From Podarcis gaigeae (lineage: Eukaryota), in NCBI GenBank assembly GCA_964106915.2, contig OZ066914.1: DNA of 64,000 nucleotides; one strand, given 5' to 3'. Positions 50,592-64,000 of this stretch are shown one piece after another; position 1 is the stretch's first letter, and the number at the start of each line of letters is the position of its first letter. A program made the translations under genes and the position numbers. The notes below the pieces were generated by a model. It worked only from the letters and a program-made list of their open reading frames with translations, did not search any database and had not been told where the DNA came from.

Positions 50592-53335
50592 CTCATTGCT
50601 GCTGTCAATGCACCTCAGACTTGATCTTATTTAATTGTTCTCTTAAGCAATTAAGAAAATGAGCAACACCTAAATAATCTCATTTCTACTATATGCATCA
50701 CAGTCAGGATTTGCTTCTCATAGCACTCTTGTAGTAAGCACCAATATATACCGGTATATACTTTCTACGTCTATCTACAATTATCATATGATGTTGTTGT
50801 TTTACACAAGGTTCACATTCAAATGATCTAAGCAGAACTTCCAAGATTCAAACCATAGGAACTTTGGTGAAGTGGTTTCAGAGAATTCTCAAAAATGTTG
50901 TTGGAAAGTATGCCTGACACCCTCCAGGTTAATTAAGTGTCATTTTGTTTCTTAAATCTGAGGGCCCTCCCAGAGAAAATATTGTACCTTGAGCTGAACA
51001 TCCAAGCACAGCTACCCCTGCCACCAAACAGTATCCTTTGAAATGAAAGGAAGAATCTTCTTTCAGCTTAAAACAAGAGGATAAATGAGATGAACATGCA
51101 AATGTACATCTGAGTGTAGATGCAGTCTATCTGTACTGCACTGTTGGAATATATATTCTCCATAAGGATGTACAATTAGATACACATCCAAGTATCTGAG
51201 AGTGGCTCTCCTTCACTGGATTGGGCAAGGAGGTATAGATGACAGAGAAGAATTCTAGAGAGAAGGGAAAAGGAAGGAAGCTATCTTCTTTGTCTTGCCC
51301 CTCTTCTGTCCCCTCTGAGAAAATATGTATGTCCTCCCATTTTTATGAATTTAATTGTAAAGGGCAGATCTGCATTCACTGAGTAGCAGGGGCTGATTTC
51401 TTAATTTGAGATTCATTCACCTAACCCATCAAGTTGCTGACATTATGAAGAGTTGGTACCATTATGAAGAATTGGTACCAAGTTGCTCTAGTGAAAATCC
51501 CTGGTGATATCTTTCATTCTTCCCACCAAAAAAATTGGCAAGCATTACTAGCCTTCCCTTCCCTCACATTTTCCTGAGGATCATTGTTCGCTTCCAACAC
51601 TCCTTGTATATCTTTGTAAAATATTACTCCCTCTAGAACAATTAGCTGGACTCTACCTCCTGTATTATATTTTGCAATCATGAAACTTTTCCAGCAATGA
51701 AATCTCACAGAAAATATGAACAAAGAATGATTCATGTTTAAAACCAAGTAACTTTGAATAGGCTACCTTTTTTTACCTTAGCAAGCCTACTATTTATATG
51801 ACAGCCACCTGAACCTGTTTTTCTCCAAACTATTGAAGGTAGTGTGGAAGTCAAGAGTAAGAACAGTAGCAACTGAGAATGAAAAAGCATATGGTATATA
51901 GGCAGCATAAGAGCTAAATGAAAAAAGTATGTTATCCTGAAAGTTAAGAGGCAGATCATTCATGCTTTTTATTTGAGCAGTTAAAAAATCAGGAATTGAT
52001 AGATGCACTCAAAATTCACTGGACCTGCAATTATGAGTCCTGGAAGAAAGCAGAAAGAAGGCAGCACATAGAAGGTATCATATCATGTTACTCTAGATTA
52101 ATTAAATAGCCTGGAATCAATACAACTCTTGTACTCATGATCACTAACTCACATTAGAATCCCAATTCTTCCATATGCATGCATTAAAAGGATGGGAAAT
52201 AATATGTTACCACACTTTATCTTCCCCTATTGTGTAGAATAGTGCAATCAAATTGTATAAATTAACTAATTTGCTGTGATGATGAGTACATGTCCTGACT
52301 ACTTAAAACAGTAAAGGATTACCAAGTGTTTGAAAAGGACTTTACACCTGGATTAGAGTGTGTATTTATGAAGTCATGGGAAGGCATTTATTTGCACAGA
52401 AATGCATTTAAAATGTCTCAAGTGCACTGTTAAACAAGCTGGGTTCCCAGGCTCAAATAGAAACAGGAGTGTGTGTGAATAAAATATGCTTACATAGCAT
52501 GTAGTCCAGTAGAAGCACATTCTTCTGTCCCAAGAAGCTTTCTTGGGATAGTCCGTGTCCATGGACGGAGTCTTCATGAGTGAAGGAGGAATCAGCATAC
52601 TCGCCCTGGCACCACTGAAAATCCCAAACAGGAGGGAAAAAACAGCTTGGTGACTGTCTGCCAACAAAGCCAGTCATCCGCATCACCAGCAGCAACAGCA
52701 GCAGCATCAACACTACCTCCATCACAGCAGGTCCCTCCCTCCAAGACACAACCTTCATTTATTCAACTGAAGCTGCTTCAAGCAAAGCATGTGTGAATCA
52801 GGACTCCCCCCACCTCTTTCTACATTTTGATCCCACTTTAGAAGGAAGTGACCTCATTTCCTGCTCTCAGGAGACTTATGAATTATGGGAGGAAGGACTG
52901 AGAATGAGAGCACACAATGCTGGCACTCATGAGAGAAACACCAAGGGACAGAGAATGCTCTCAGATAGCAAGTGCAGCAGCAGAGAAGCAGCACCTCTTT
53001 CACTAGACAAATCAGAGCAACTGAGTGCACTGTAATGACTTTGGAACATTCTAAATCCTTCCTAAATATCAGAAATCCTCTTTCCCTACAACAGATTACA
53101 TCAGAGACAGAATTGTAGGAGCAAAAGGCTGATAAGGCTTTGGACCTTTGGCTGCTTCTTTAATATTCTGTAAACAAAAGGCACACAGGAGGGGCCATCT
53201 TCTTAATCAAAGAGTGAAAGGTCTCCTCTCTTACATGCTGCTGTAGCTGTGGAGGGCTCCACTACATGCTATGTTAAGCATAATATTGAAATGTACAACT
53301 AGGGCTGCCACTTTCCTTTCCTAACCTAAAGTAGC

Positions 53336-53838
53336 TGTCAGCAGCCCAATCCGTATCAGACCATAGTTCGGAGGAAAAGAACCCCATCTCTCCCACACAG
53401 TCATGTTCTCTAGCCTCAATTCCTTCTCTGACTCAAAGGAAGAATCAGAAGGAGGGGAGGCATCACCTAGGGAGGCATCATCCCCCATTCCAGGATTCAC
53501 CCAACTCCTCATACTCAGAAGGCAACCCCGGACTTAAATGCAGTCTCCACTACTCCTGTGCCGTAAGACAGCTGCAGAGTCAGGCAATGGCCATTTAAGA
53601 AACAGACAGTTCCTTGGAGCAGGTGGGATTAATAGCAGATCCTAAGCAGTCAGCCTTCATAAGGTCTCTGCATGCTGCTGAGAACAACCATTCTCCCTGA
53701 GTGATTTCCAGCAAACCCTCGCCATGGTCTCCTGGCCTTCCCTATTCCTTCCAGTAAGTGCCACTGCCTTCCCTGGTAGCCTTCAGCCAAGCTAGGACAG
53801 GGCAAATGCTGCCGTCCTAATATGCTAAGACTAAGACA
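53336..53838. mobile_element. Possible solo LTR
   Basis: TGTC...GACA termini, about 500 bp, TATA-like ttaaa/tttaag motifs; no TSD found. Confidence 0.3.
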
Positions 53839-55299
53839 CACACACCATGGCTGCTTTTTGATAGGAAAGAAAACTGAGGAGTCCTAATCACATTTTTAAA
53901 TACTGCAGTGTGCTTAACGTAACATATAGTTTGGCTCTAATTCTTTATGACATGAGGATGTAGCATGAGGAAGGAGCACTGCAGAATATACATCTGGAGG
54001 GTTAAGGCTTAGTGTAAAGAACAAGAACGAGGCCACAAGATTTCAGATAAAGTCACAAGATTTCAGATAAAACTAGGGAGATTTAGTTAAATCCACAATG
54101 CTACTAGATCTGGCATTCGCTGCAGAAGCACAATACATACAGAAGCTGAGCACAACAGGAAAATACGGAAATTGGCTTATGCATATCCCATTAGATATAA
54201 GAGACACCATATGCAGCCCTTAGGTTAGCACATCAGCCCAAAGCTACTCATTCCTAAGGAAGGCAGATACAGTGCTACACTGTCAGTTCAAAGCAGCCAA
54301 CAGCACCTCATGAAGGGAAGGAACAGCAGAAGTGCCCTTGCTAGGACAAGGATGGAGTAAAGAGAGGCTGCAGCAAGATGGGTGAGCTGTGGGTTTGTGG
54401 TGACAGCATCTAGCAGGTGTGTGCTCACCTGTGGAATAGAACTGCTATCAATTCAGAGGTCCACTGACCTTGCTGTCACCTTGCCCCATCACAATCCCAA
54501 CACACACAGTGCAGCTGCAACTCCTATTCCCAAGTTTTCATTTGGGTTTCTAGATGTCCTAGAATTAGTGCACTATTTCGTGTAGCTCAATGTTGTGAGT
54601 TCTTTTCTCCATTAGAATGGTCTCAGGTTGAGTTCTCAGCATCTCAAATCAAAAGAGCTCAAGTTGTATGAAGACGTCTGCCTAACACCCTGGAGAAACC
54701 AATACCAGAAATGATGAACCAGTGGTCTGACTCAGTGGTGTAGTGGAGGGGCAGAAGGCCCCGGCACAGAATCTGAGTGAGGTACAAAGCAGGAGCCTCC
54801 CCCCCCCATGTGCCTGGCATGCGAGCCCCCTGGGCGAGCACAGAGGGTTTCTTTGCCGGCCAGCAGATGGATGGGCCCCGTGCGCTGGGCAGGGTGCAGA
54901 GGGTGAAGAGCACACTCCACGCCCCGCCAGGCACTCGAGCCCCCATCCGTCAGCTGTGGGCAGGCACACACTTGATGGAGACAGAGCATGGAGGGTGCTC
55001 TCCACCCTCTGTGCCCCCACCCTGCACAAAAGCGCCTGCTTGCCCGATGATGAGCTGACCCTGGCCTGCTGGGCAGAAGCAGGGCCCAGAGGGTAAAGTG
55101 CACCCCCACTACCCTGCTCCCACCCGGCATGTGAGTGCCCACCCGTCAGTGGCAGGGGCTGGGGGAGCACAAAGGAAGGCCTCCACACTCGCCCCGTCCC
55201 CACCACTGAAGTGCAGCCATTCAAGCGCCATGGGGTGATGGGGCATGGAACCCTCCGTGCCCTGCTCCCAGTCAGCCAGAAGCGGCAGCAGTGATGGGG

Positions 55300-55478
55300 T
55301 AGCATGCCCACGGAATGGAAGATGGCAGGATCCTGAAGGATTTGCTCTACGAGCAGCTGGTTTCAGGCGCCAGACCTGTTGGCAGACCAACTCTGCATTA
55401 CAAAGGTGTCTACAAATGTGATCTGAAGGCTGGCAACATCAACTCTGCATTGTGGAAATCATTGCAGACAATCATAAT
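55300..55478 (+). mobile_element. RTE-clade LINE ORF C-terminal fragment
   Basis: RMEDGRILKDLLYEQLVSGARPVGRPTLHYKGVYKCDLK matches the RTE C-terminal pattern RM.DGR.PK..LYGEL..G.R..GRP. Confidence 0.75.
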
Positions 55479-56356
55479 GGTGCACCTATATTTTCATTAT
55501 TGATTCGCAATGACAAAAACAATAGCAAACATCCATTCCCAAACCATATGTTCGGTTTTAAAATTACCAAAAAATGTGAGTATAAAACTCATAAAATGAC
55601 ATGTCCACCTTGCAATTTGTCTGCCATGAGCAGCAGTTGAGTGAGAGATGTAGAGTACACATGTATATGTATGTGTGAAAGAGAACATGGCCATTATGTG
55701 AGGGGGAGTTTGTTGAATAGGTGCATGTGGAAGGGAGATCAGGTGGTATTTGTGTATCCATGAGAGGAGAAAGAATATTGTGGCAGCAAGATGTGAGAAT
55801 GTGTGAAATACAGCTTATGGTGTGGGTGGATGAGCATACATTGAGGGGAGAGGAGGGAAAAGTATATAAATGACACCTTTGTACAATATAATCTAACTCC
55901 CTTGAGTTGGTGGGCTCTCCTCCTTCAGTCAAGAGATTCTGAAGAAAGAAGCAGTCAGAGCCAGAAATATGCTAAACCTTCAACTCAATCACCATCTTCA
56001 AAATAAACAAGAGTGATTTGTGACACCTTAGGTTTAAACACATTTATTATGGCATAAGATTCCATGGACCAGAGTCAACTTCATCAGATGCAGGAGGTTT
56101 TATCCTAAGCTGTCAGGTACGTATATAGAAAAAAATGTAAACAGTTAGGTCTCAGGGAAATGAAATGCAAAAAAAGGCTATGACAATTACATTAAAGCTT
56201 AAAGGTATGTATAATAAGTACAGTGATCATTGACAAAGCAGTGTTGATGATAATGCAAACAACCTGTCATTGATAAGTTAACATGTGTAATGGAATAAAA
56301 ATGGTCAAAGCCTATACTTTTTACATTTCATTTCCCAATGACCTCATTATAGATTT

Positions 56357-56551
56357 TTGTTGTTGTTGTTTGGTCGTTTAGTCGTGTCCGACTCTTCGTG
56401 ACCCCATGAACCAGAGCACGCCAGGCACTCCTGTCTTCCACTGCCTCCTGCAGTTTGGTCAGACTGATGCTGGTAGCTTCGAGAACACTGTCCAATCATC
56501 TTGTCCTCTGTTGTCTCCTTCTCCTTGTGCCCTCCATCTTTCCCAACATCA
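56357..56551 (-). mobile_element. Bov-B (RTE) LINE 3' end, 5'-truncated, (CAA)n tail
   Basis: Minus strand gatgttgggaaagatggagggcacaaggagaagg...catggggtcacgaagagtcggacacgactaaacgac(caa)n. Confidence 0.85.
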
Positions 56552-59500
56552 CCTGCCAACTTATCACTTCAAACATTTGATGAAGCACACTCTTGTTTTG
56601 CTCAAGTCTCTGAAAATTGTTACAGCTTCAGCACACAATGTATGCACACACCCAGGCCCAGTAGGGGTTCCCCTTCATTGGGACAGTTTTTGGGTGCAAT
56701 GGATGACTGCATGCAAACTCAACTTTTTATTTAAAAAAGGGACTTTGATAATGAGTAAGGACCAATAGAACATAGACAGGATGACCGATACAGTGAACTT
56801 TTCCCCAAATATAAACAAGCACTATCTTTACAAATATATAGGTTTCATTCAGAATGCAGCATAGCAAGTTTTTGTCTCACAGGCTTTCCTTCATCTTCTT
56901 TCCTTCTTTGTGCACAAGGGGAAGAGAATTAAAGCTTCTGTTTGAGGTTTAGAACAGAAGTAGGGAACGGGTTGTTTCCAAATAATAACTGGAAGCTGTC
57001 AATCTCCTCCTCTTGCGGGTGGAGGAAAGGGGTGTGTGTGACATGTGAGCATGAGGCTTACCACAACACATTATCAGAGTGTGGCCGCTTCTTTCATGCA
57101 AACCAACCAGGAAATGGAGCAGAGACAAATCAGTGACAGGAGAAAAATTGAGAGTTACAAATAGAATCAGATGCTAATGCTAAATGCCTGTGAGTCCTGG
57201 AAGACCTGCTCCCTGCCTTGCAGGCCTTTCCCCACCTTTTCCCAGAGGGTGGGGCTTTAACTCACTACAGGTACAGAAACTGACGCTGATGAACAGACTC
57301 TTGGGCTGGGGGATTTTGTTGGGGGGACCTGTTGATGTTGGTTTTTTGAATCTTTATTTTAGATATTGTGGTTTATGTGGCAATTGTTCAGTTTGGTTGT
57401 GTATTTTTAATGTTTTATTTCTTGTTTCTAACTATTTTTGTTATGTTGTAGTTATGTATTTTTTCATGTTGCAAGTCGCTTTGAGCATGGTTTGAACTGC
57501 AGAAAGGTGGTATACAAATAGAATTATGGTTGTAAGCATAGAGGCGTAGGTGGAGGCAGGCTTCAGCATGCATATCCCTATGTGGTTGAGGAACCATGCT
57601 CACAAGTATCTGCTGTGCATGTGGTTCCTTCCCCTGCTCAGTTGCTATGGCTGTGTGCATCAAACTGTGCAGCAGTCCTGAGGAACTGTTCAAGAGAGGG
57701 AGCTGAGCAGGGGAGCAGCTGGGTATAATATTTCTCTGCCCCAAACAGCAGAATAATAGTACCAGCAATTATCTGACCAGACACTGTATATATGCAGCCA
57801 AGGCTGATGCACACATTTGTAGCTGGATAAGGGCCAAAGGGAAGAAGTGAGACCTGTATGACCCCTTGTGTACTTTGCATACTACTCCACTAACAGACCA
57901 TAGAAAGCCAAACCAAAGTGTCCAAACCACTTCTTCACTGTGGTGCCAACAATTACACAAAGCTAGAGAGTGACAGCATGCTAGAGACATCTGTGATTTA
58001 AAGTGATTTGCTCTCCTGATGCATTTGCCATTTCCACCCACAGATCAGATATTAAGCTGAATGTGACATATTTAAGGCATAACAAACCGACAGCTCTGTC
58101 AACCCTGTGGTGGCTGGACCACCTGCTAACTAGAAATGGCCAGCCGTATTATTTTGATGCAGCAATAAGAGGGTTGTATAACACGTAAATACGATCAGAC
58201 CAGTCCATGAATATCCCTTTACTTAATCATTTATTAGGACTCCCCTTTTCAGAAAATGGAAAAATAGCCCTACCACCCACAAAATAATTCAAACTGCTCA
58301 TTGCAAAGTGCTGGCAAAACTGCCCTGGAGTTTTAAAAATAACTTCCTATACTCCACCTTAATACCGTTATGCCATCCAGCCACTGTAAGTAGAGCCAAA
58401 CTGGGCAAGTTGGAGCCATGATTCACGTATCTGCCTCATTCACATATAAAGAGGGGTGTACATAAGGTCTTGCTCTAACTTTAACATACTTTAAGGAGAG
58501 AGCTACACTCTGGCTTCCCAACACTCTGTAGTCAGTTACTTCAGCCGCTCTTCTCTAATTGTAGAAGTGAGCTAGGAACAGAGAATAGTGGCTTCGGGAA
58601 GTTGTAGGAAGGAAAAGATTCGGCACCCCTCACCCATGCAGTCCTTTCACTGTTTTTATTTGTTTGACTAGAACAGTTTTATGAAGTTTTATAATGCTAA
58701 TTATGCAAAGCCCGATGAAGGATGGGACGAGTAATAAGGAAGGGGGAGGATAATTTCAACTGTAGCTGAAATAAAGGGGGAGGATAATTTCAACCCAGTG
58801 ATCATTTCTGTAAGTTAATAGTAAGCAACTACATGAGGTTAGTACTGGAGATAAAGAAGTCACCTAAGAGTCCAAATGGATAGGTAGATGTCCAGCTATT
58901 TCCCCCCTGTCAGTTTCACATGCTAACACTAAACCATAAGCCATAAGGTACACAAGGTGTATACTAGCTGATGAATGCAGCCAGAGTCTGCTTCTTTCCT
59001 TCCTTCATGCAAAGTGCAAGCAAACTGTGAAGGGGCTAGCTTAGTGCAATGTCTGAACCTCGAATTTATTATTTATTGTTTATATATTGAATTTATATAT
59101 GAAAGCTGCACCCAAAGAAAACTCAATTGCTAGCCGCTGTGGAACTGGATAGGAGGACCATAGGAAGCTGCATTATAAACAAAGCAGACCACCAGTCCAT
59201 TTAGCTGAGCATCACTAACACTTATTGGCAGCAGCTTTCCAGGGTTCTAGGCAATAGTCTTTCCCAGCCCTACTTGGAGAAACAGGGGTTGAAAGTGGGA
59301 CCTTCTGCATGAAAAACATGTCCTCTGCTATTGTTGTTGTACTTCTCTTTGTCAGGATGTACTTTATGAAAAACAATAATTTCAAAAGTGTGTCCACTTC
59401 TACAACCTGTTGGAGATAAGGAGATTTGTTTTAATATAGTCTTGATAAACTGGAAATGTATGATTATAGTTTATTTATTTAACAACAAGCCCCTGGATCT

Positions 59501-62500
59501 CATTTTTTACAAAAGGAATGTACATTCTGTGCCCCCTGCCCTCCACATTACAAGCTTGCCAGATAAGACACGTTTATGGCTGAACCTCCAATCTTTATCA
59601 GCCTGACTACAAGTATTCCAGATGGCATGCACTTAGCATGCCCGATTCAAGCGGAAACCAGCAATTATAACATGTATAAAACATCATCAATCTTCAGGCT
59701 GCTATTTTAAAGCCTATGAATAGAGCTCTTTCTGTCTCAGAACGTGCATCTTCACAATCTGGAGATTGTTCTTCTTTGGAGGATGTGATGTCATCCTTAG
59801 AAAATGTCTTCAGCTTTCTAGCCTATAGCTGATCGAAAAAATGAGCTTCTCTTTCAGATTCTTGAGCATCATCTCTGAAGGAATGTCACTGTGAAATTAG
59901 GTGGTGTGCTTTTTCAAATCAATTTCTTGCTCTGGTTGCCCATGGCCATTAGACCACAGAGGAAGGATGAAGCTAAGTATCAGGAGTAATTGTTCTCCTG
60001 GTGTGAATGGAAAATGGAAGCCTGAAACAGCCACAAAACAAAATGTCAGTGTCTTTACAATATGAGTGGAAAAAATATGGGCTGGCTCATATGGACTGGG
60101 AATACCTATTTCTAAAGTGGTATGTCCAAAGACAGATGTCCAGAAGACCTAAAGAGGGAGCAGAATGGCAGGGTAGGAGACAGCCTCTACCAACAGTATA
60201 CTTGCAGAATACTTACAGGAAGAAAACAGGAGAGGCGAACAAATGCCTGCCACTCCATCAGTGATGGGCCTGGGGAGAAAGGTTAATAGTGCTGGTGGAG
60301 CAGAAAGTGAGCATAGCTTGTTTCCCACTTAATTAACACTAGGAGCCACCAGGTAAGATGACACTAGGTAAGCTATTAACACACATCCTAAGGGTCTTGA
60401 GTTGCAGCATCACATTCTCCAGATCTACTCAAATGTCTCCTCCACCCACGGTCACTTCAGAGGCAAAGGGAGGCTGAACCCTCCTTTCACCTCCACAACT
60501 GAGAGAGGAGAGTTGGGTTCACAGACAGTATGCTCAGTGCCCTCCTCTCAACACTTGCTTCAAGGTCAGGAAGGTGGTTTCAGCCCTTTTACTATGGGGG
60601 TGCTATTTGGCTCAGAAAAAGTTTTATCTGAGCCCCTGTCCAACAATTTACCTATTGTGGGTAAAAGGAATGAGAATCATTATTTGGCCCCCTTCCTTCC
60701 CCTCTCAATTCCTTTTAGATTCCTACTTGTATGGATTGTATAAGGAAAATTTGAAAACTCAAATTCAAGCCACAGGCCTCTTTATGTTTCTTACTTCCTC
60801 TTCAGAACTGAGAATAAGCATAAATGGAGACTGAAAAATGTCACTCATTGAAGTATAGCCCTGGTGATTTTAGTATTTCATTATCCTCTTACAATTTTGT
60901 ACTCATTGGTGATGGCTGAGGCAAGGTATTTTAGAGGTTCTATCTAATTCCTGAAAAAACGAGAGTGCCTTCCTTGTCTATGACTGATCCTTCTGTCTAA
61001 TTCCTGTCAAGTTCAAATTAAACTGAAAATACACCAGATGGCACTAAGCAACAAGCATTTTAAAATCCATCTTCTGTAAGAAGACGTCCCCAGACTTGTA
61101 CACCCACCAATAATGCCTTGACTAACCTCCTCTGCAAATTACACAAGCCGAACAGAGTGCTATACTATCAATACCCTCAGCATATTTTTCAGAAATAACA
61201 TAGATAAACATTCCCAGCAAATGCACTTAATAGATCTGTTTGCCAATGGTGTTGCCTAAATTCTCAGCTGTGCTTGTGAGGAAACTTTTTTTTCAAAAAA
61301 GAAGGGAAACAAACTATCAGGAGCTCTGGTTCTCTACCCCCTTCTTAAAGATCATACAAAGAATGCAGCAAGAGGTGGTCTGGGCAAAAGCAATATACAC
61401 ACACCTTGCTAAAACATTAGCAGCAAACCACTGCCAACAACTCTCAGAGAACTAGTCAGAACATGCTTGTTAACTCCCAAAGCCACCTGAGAAAGGAAAA
61501 ATAAGCACATGGAGAGTAGTAATGCTTAAATTGAGTTCAAATCCAAGAGAGATGATGATTCAAGGAATGCGGCAATTAATTCTAAAAAGAATGACTTTAT
61601 CTTCAGTAGAAGTAGAACTGAGTCCAGAATTCGATATTACTAAAAGTCTAATGATAATCAAACTCACTCTGTACTGCTGTATGTTTTTAAAAAGGCAACC
61701 TGAATCATAGTCATACTGGAATAAGCATCCTACATAAAACTATTCCATCTGGAAACAATTCTCAAATAATATAACTTTAATATATGTCAATAATGTGTTT
61801 ATATAATATATAAACCAAGAGACTGAAATATATCTCAGCTGCAGATAATATCCTTCTAAAGAAAACATATGACTCCATTAGAGAAGAAACTCCTCTTGCC
61901 TGAGGAACATGAAATGATGTAATCAGACTTCTTCTCCATGTTAGTTTCCCTGTTCTTTTCCCCCCCTGCACCAGCTGCAGCCTGCCAATCCTTGAAGGGG
62001 CTTGCAAAATCTTTGGAGCATCTACAATCAGTCCTGTATGGTGGGACTTCAAAGTGCCCCATCACCTGATGTAATAGTGAAATCAAGGGACTGACAGGTG
62101 GCCTGTGAGGGCTAAGGGTAGTAAAAAATCTGGCCCGCCAGCCAGATCCATTTCACTACCTCTGCAGTAGACCTGCAACAAAGGAACACAACTCCCTTCA
62201 TTCCTGACCATTGGCCATGTTTGGTGGTGAAAAGAGCTGAAACAACAACATCTGGAAGGCCACAGTTTCTTCATCCTGATTTAAAGGCTGAATATACTTG
62301 ACTACATCCTTTGTAGACCATTTCTGCAGATTTCTGTTGTTGTAGACATGAACCAACTCTCATGCATATGAAGGTAACTCCTAAGCTGCAAAGTTTTCCA
62401 TTTATAGGTGACAATATTATGTTACTTCCAACTTGAATTTATTTGAGTACATTCCATACTCTAAATGAATTTACACCTCCAGAATTCCTTACAATTACAG

Positions 62501-63394
62501 TAAGCTCCAATGCATCACAGTAACTTTATATCTGAACTTAAACCTTCAATTGCTGTTCTCTTAAACATAAACTAAGGTAAGCTTCCAGATAGAAGCAATT
62601 TTGTGCGATATCACTGCTAAAATCCTTACAAATAGGTTTATGGGACAATATGCTTTATAGGTATGAGATGCTATGTAGAGTTGTTTCCTATGCATGCAGC
62701 ACAATTATATGCCTGTTTGTTCATAAATAAGCAACACAAAATTTAAAAGGATTTACTCTGAATTTCATTGTGCACTGGATAGCAGCCTTGTGATTCAATC
62801 CTAGCTATGTCTACTCAGAAGTAAGTCCTACTGAATTCAATAAGGCTTACTCCTAGATAAGTGGGGTCAGAATTGCAGCTGTAAATAATTTCCCCAGTTC
62901 AGTGATTATGAAATCAGTTACATTCTTTTCATGCTGGATTCTAGCTTAGTGAAACAAGCCTCTACTTCTAGGTGCATACTGCCATAAGGCAACATTTCTT
63001 AACATCAAAGAACTTGAAAATATCTCAGTGGTAATCTATTATATGACATGTTCTGAAGAAGGACATCCATGCTATTGCCAGCACATGCCACTTTCCAGTT
63101 ACAACTGTTTCTACAACATACCTTCATTGACAACATCAATCCATTCATTTCTGGGTCTAGTCTTTTAGCTAAGCTACAGTTCGCGCAGCCACTATCATAG
63201 ACAGGAATCTGAATTTATTTTTTCAATATTTTGTGAGGTGTCCTTTTAGTCCATCCTAAATTCTAGGGAACATTACTTTTTAAAGTCAATTTTCTTTCAG
63301 CCCGCCGCTAAAGTAGGCTGCATAGAATCACCACAGAATATTCTCCACAGAGCATTAAGGAAACAGTGTTTAAATGCCAAAGTATCCAACAATG

Positions 63395-63680
63395 TATCAA
63401 GGAAAGGACATGTGCTGTGCACCCCTATGGGAATGAACATCTGCACATAGGCATGGGAGGTTTTCACAAAACTATGAATGCTTTCATGCAGTATCATTTG
63501 CCTCCGATGCAAACAAAAGAATTTACATTGGGTCTATTATCAAGGAAAGGACATGTGCTGTGCACCCCTATGGGAATGAACATCTGCACATAGGCATGGG
63601 AGGTTTTCACAAAACTATGAATGCTTTCATGCAGTATCATTTGCCTCCGATGCAAACAAAAGAATTTACATTGGGTCTAT
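63395..63680. repeat. Exact 143-bp tandem duplication
   Basis: 63395-63537 is identical to 63538-63680. Confidence 0.95.
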
Positions 63681-64000
63681 TTTCAAGGGAAACAAGAAGT
63701 CATTTGATATTCTCAAAAGACTGCGGTATAGAATTGTTGTTTCAACCTGTCATTGTTTTCCTTGATCTACAATGCGTGTCTTCCTTTCATCATCATCAAA
63801 GATAAGGAAAAAAGTGAAATCTAGTATTGCCTAACCAAAATATGCAGAAATATATAGATTAATGATACATATCTAGCGCAGTTAGCAGTATGGGGTGGCT
63901 TCATTCCTCAGATTAGCAAACAGGTTTTTCCATAATCAAACTTTTAAGCCATCAGTGTGATTTCAGGTCATTGTTTGGCCCAAGGACATGAAGCAAAACT

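Noticed and set aside
54659-55311. Cluster of long overlapping ORFs (up to 209 aa) in a GC-rich patch; possible DAGLA promoter or exon 1
   Set aside because: The ORFs follow from high GC content and show no recognisable domain. The patch has cagtggtg...caccactg ends and abuts an RTE fragment, so it is more likely transposon-derived. I found no convincing first-exon signature.
1-64000. CRISPR arrays, tRNA/rRNA genes, prokaryotic systems
   Set aside because: The sequence is vertebrate intron-exon DNA. No repeat-spacer array or recognisable structural RNA gene was seen; the short periodic repeats are MITE-internal.

Overview
Vertebrate genomic DNA; the repeat content (Bov-B, L2/CR1 tails, TA-flanked MITEs, a DIRS relic) suggests a squamate, probably a lacertid lizard (inference). 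The window is dominated by DAGLA (diacylglycerol lipase alpha, a 2-arachidonoylglycerol synthase) on the minus strand. I reconstructed its complete CDS by hand: 19 coding exons (numbered 2-20 by analogy to human), ATG at 46581, TAG at 20096-20098, 3093 nt, 1030 aa, with all splice phases consistent. The non-coding first exon was not identified and probably lies beyond the window. The rest is intronic or intergenic DNA with LINE fragments, MITEs, a DIRS-type gag relic, microsatellites and local duplications. The most notable observations are: (1) two consecutive GC-AG introns after the exons carrying the catalytic Ser and Asp; (2) an in-frame stop fused to a double poly(A) signal just past the first GC donor; (3) a phase-consistent set of small plus-strand exons at 218-3489 that may be an unrecognised gene; (4) a sense-oriented DIRS gag relic just upstream of exon 6. 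I cannot support a claim of a wholly new biological system. These are testable hypotheses.
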